Below are positions 61,027 to 64,000 of a DNA stretch of 64,000 bases, piece by piece. The translations under genes and the position numbers were made by a program. The first letter of the stretch is position 1. Each line of letters opens with the position of its first letter. Where the stretch lies: assembly GCF_052425735.1 (NCBI RefSeq), contig NC_135770.1, forward strand, positions 8,680,001-8,744,000, read 5' to 3'. The stretch is from Oculina patagonica (Eukaryota). Below the pieces are notes generated by a model, which searched no databases, was not told the origin of the DNA, and saw nothing but the letters and a program-made list of their open reading frames with translations.

Positions 61027-63827
61027 CAAACAATTAGCCTGCAAAATTGCATGGAAAATTTCCTGATACTTAGCTGAGTGGGCTAAAATCAGAAGATTTT
61101 CTGCAAGATTGAGTGGCATGCAGTGTTCCTGAATTAAGTTTCTGAAGCAAGAGGTCACAAAATTTATCAGAATGGTCAACCAAAACTTGCCTACCCAGTT
61201 TAGTGGGTGAAGCGCCTTGTTAGAGGAAAGGGTCAGGGAAAAGTTTCCATTTTTGGAGGGAGGGGTCTGCGGGGCACTTTACAAGAAAAATGGAAAAAGT
61301 GTTATGCTTTGGAACAGGATGCTATCCAGTAGCATTTGGTCTAAAAAAAAAAGATACAACTGTTTAATTTAAATTATCTAGTAGTAACTTAAATTAATGG
61401 TAAAAAATTCACCTACTACAGAGCTCTCAAGCTCATACATTTGTTTCCACAAAAAGGTTTTGTAAAGCTAAAATTTGCCTTTCTTGTCAAACAAAAGCAG
61501 ATGAAAATGAAATGTAACAAGAGCACAGCCTTAGACAAGTAAAGGTGCCTTCAGAACAATGGTGGATGAACTTTTGCGATTTTTTTTTTCTTTCTTGCCC
61601 TGAATTTGATATCCTTCAATATATTTTTTCTTTGGAAACTTGCTTCTTTGCTTTTTATTGTTGGCTTCTAAGTAAAATATTATTTTTTCATTCCATTTGT
61701 TGGTCAGGTAGCTGCTTCTATCGGATTTTTGACCCAAGACCCGTCTCTTATCTGGAACACTAAGGATAATTATAATGTTATTTTATTATAATTGTGACAA
61801 TTTGCCACACACTGCTTTGAGATCACCTCCTGGGATAATTCCTCATCTGGAAATAAAAATCCTGCCACTGTTTCCAAGTATAGCTCGGAGTATAGAAAGT
61901 CAGTGTCTTTCTTTGATGAATTTGTTTGACCCGTTTGAGCGTCTGACTGGTTTGCCTGCAGACGAGTGAGCCGTAGGAGGCTAGACGAGTGATTGTGAGC
62001 CGTGAGATTTATTCAGATTGGTCTAACAGAGCTGTTGACTGTGAGCAAAGAATGAATGACTAACATGAAATGACAAACTGCCACTAAATAATAGCTTGTT
62101 TTCCTGCATCAATTATCCATCATCACGTTAGTGACGATGTAACCAATTAAATTGGTTACATTTGTTGAATAATAACTGGATAATTTTAATAAAAAAGTAA
62201 AAAGTGAGTAAAATATTAATTGACAAAACTTTATATCTCAAAATAAATTTGTTAGAAATTTACAATGTATGCCCTTCTCTACTGCACCCTTAACAGTACT
62301 TGATCATTATTAAGATTGACAAAAGGTAACTAAAGGCAAAAGGTACTTCTGGATAATCTGTTTCAGAATTTGTACTCTCTTTTGATTAACTTTATAATTA
62401 AAAAAAATATTAATTGGTATACATGTCTTTTATAGACTTGCAAGAGACTTAGGAAAACATAGCACACTTGGAAATACCATGTTTCAAGCAGAACAGAAGG
62501 TACTGTACATGTATATGGGGTGCTTTGTAGATGAACATCGTGTAAAACAAACTCTAAAAAAACAAAGTGTTTAACAACAGCCTTAATTACTGCAGTTATT
62601 AATCCATAATTTATATGCACAGCTCAGTTTTGCAGATGAAATTATTATTTATTAAATAAATTATGTCTGAGTCAAGAAATCAATTTGAATATAAGTTGAC
62701 TTGAAAAAACAAACCAAGATGGTTTAAATGAGGATTTACTCTTTTCTTTTAAGACTAATTAATTTCTTCTTTTTTATTTTTCCTCAGAAGTTGATGCTGA
62801 AGATCTCAGCTTGTTTAGAGAAAAGAAGCAAAACATTGTTGTCCACACAGGTGACTGCATGATCTCATCTGCTATGTACACTGTATAAAATGATCATCAG
62901 GGGCTGATCTTGGGGGAGCGCGAGGGTGCAGGGGGTGCACAACCCCCTCCCCCTGAGATGACCCACGGTTTACTAATTAATACAAGATTAGATAAGATCA
63001 GATAAGATAACTAAAAGATATTAACTTTATTTAAACATGGTTAAAAATCCTTCAGGGTGCATGAAATTTTAAAAATAAACTTTGGTATTCTGCAACAAAA
63101 GAAGGCAGTACTTTATGCCATTCGTACACCTCCTCCTAAGAAAAATCCTGGATCTGCCCCTGATCAGGCTGATTAACAAATCTTTAGACTGTCTGAGTCA
63201 GTGCATGACCCAGCACAAGATTTGCTTCCAATTTTATTTGAATACTGAAACATGCCTGGGATCTTTGTGATAAACCAGATTCAGACTTCTTGTATTGATT
63301 AATCCAAACACTCCAGAATAGACTGGACTCTTACATGTACATGATTATGTCAATCAGAAACCAGTTACGTGCATCATTTAGAGTACGGTCAAGTCTGATG
63401 TGCATATTTTTTACACTAATTTGGAGTGACTGGCAGATCTTAGAGCTTTTTCACCGTAGAGCTGTTTATAAATATTACTGTTATTAATAATAAAGAGAAG
63501 AAAATCGACATATAAGTATGACTGTGAAATCAGAGAGATGAGTGAAGAATGATCCCACAGTGAAGTGAAGGGGGAGAACAGATTCGCTGGGAGCGACGGA
63601 GGAGATCCCTGAATGTGTGGCCCAAGTGGAGAGCTGACCGATCCGAGGTCCTGGTGTGAAGCAGCGCGCTGCCATCTGACTGGAGGATCTCACCATTTAT
63701 AATAATAATTGTTTATCATTATTTTATTATATTATTTTTATAGCATTTTTATTGATGTGACCAATTGTCATTTTTTAGGCCAGGGAAGATGAGATTTCCT
63801 TTGATGATATTAAAAAAGTTGGTGAAG
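60074..63827 (+). CDS. AIDA: Axin interactor, dorsalization-associated protein, exons 1-4 (60074-60180, 62436-62499, 62788-62850, 63779-63827); continues beyond the window
   Basis: The spliced translation MTEKSRTINQWYVSFERGKDFDSWGQLVEAAEEYSR-LARDLGKHSTLGNTMFQAEQK-KLMLKISACLEKRSKTLLSTQ-AREDEISFDDIKKVGE matches the AIDA N-terminal signature DFDSWGQLVEA..EY and KI..CLE.RS..L.STQ. Introns are GT-AG and in phase. Confidence 0.95.
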
Positions 63828-64000
63828 GTATGTGAGCAATTCCAGATATTTGAAGAAATTTAACAAAGATATGTTCAAACCACAACAAACTCAATGTAGC
63901 TTTCTGTTAGGATAATTTAAATACAAGTCAAGGTGAAACTTTGTGACCAATAATTTTAAAATCTGGGGTGGCAGGCTTGTATTTACCTATTCTACTTTGT

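Noticed and set aside
61879-61969. Possible duplicated AIDA exon 2 (IARSIESQCLSLMNLFDPFER)
   Set aside because: The acceptor is in phase, but there is no phase-0 GT donor before the stop. The exon at 62436-62499 fits AIDA and its splice phases exactly.

Overview
AT-rich eukaryotic genomic DNA with GT-AG introns. The repeat families and gene style suggest an anthozoan, probably a stony coral; this is an inference. The window has three zones. (1) 1-15.6 kb is a nested transposon zone. It holds two decayed Academ-type (XPG/Cys-rich) transposon 3' halves joined back-to-back into a palindrome, and a ~6.7 kb foldback element whose left arm carries a Penelope-like element (RT + GIY-YIG, hammerhead ribozyme) and whose right arm carries a 5'-truncated L1/Tx1-type LINE with an 11-bp TSD. 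A chain of TA-targeting palindromic MITEs and Kolobok/Harbinger/Tc1-type MITEs follows. (2) 16-46 kb holds four orphan genes with single coding exons in two divergent pairs. Two are recognisable paralogues, one has a single frameshift inside a CCDC190-like coiled coil, and RFX X-box-like motifs lie upstream. (3) 47-64 kb holds three genes: a complete 8-exon GALM, a convergent gene for a putatively mitochondrial 38-aa-repeat (OPR/FASTK-like) protein with no recognisable RAP domain, and the first four exons of AIDA head-to-head with it. No rRNA, tRNA or CRISPR array was found.
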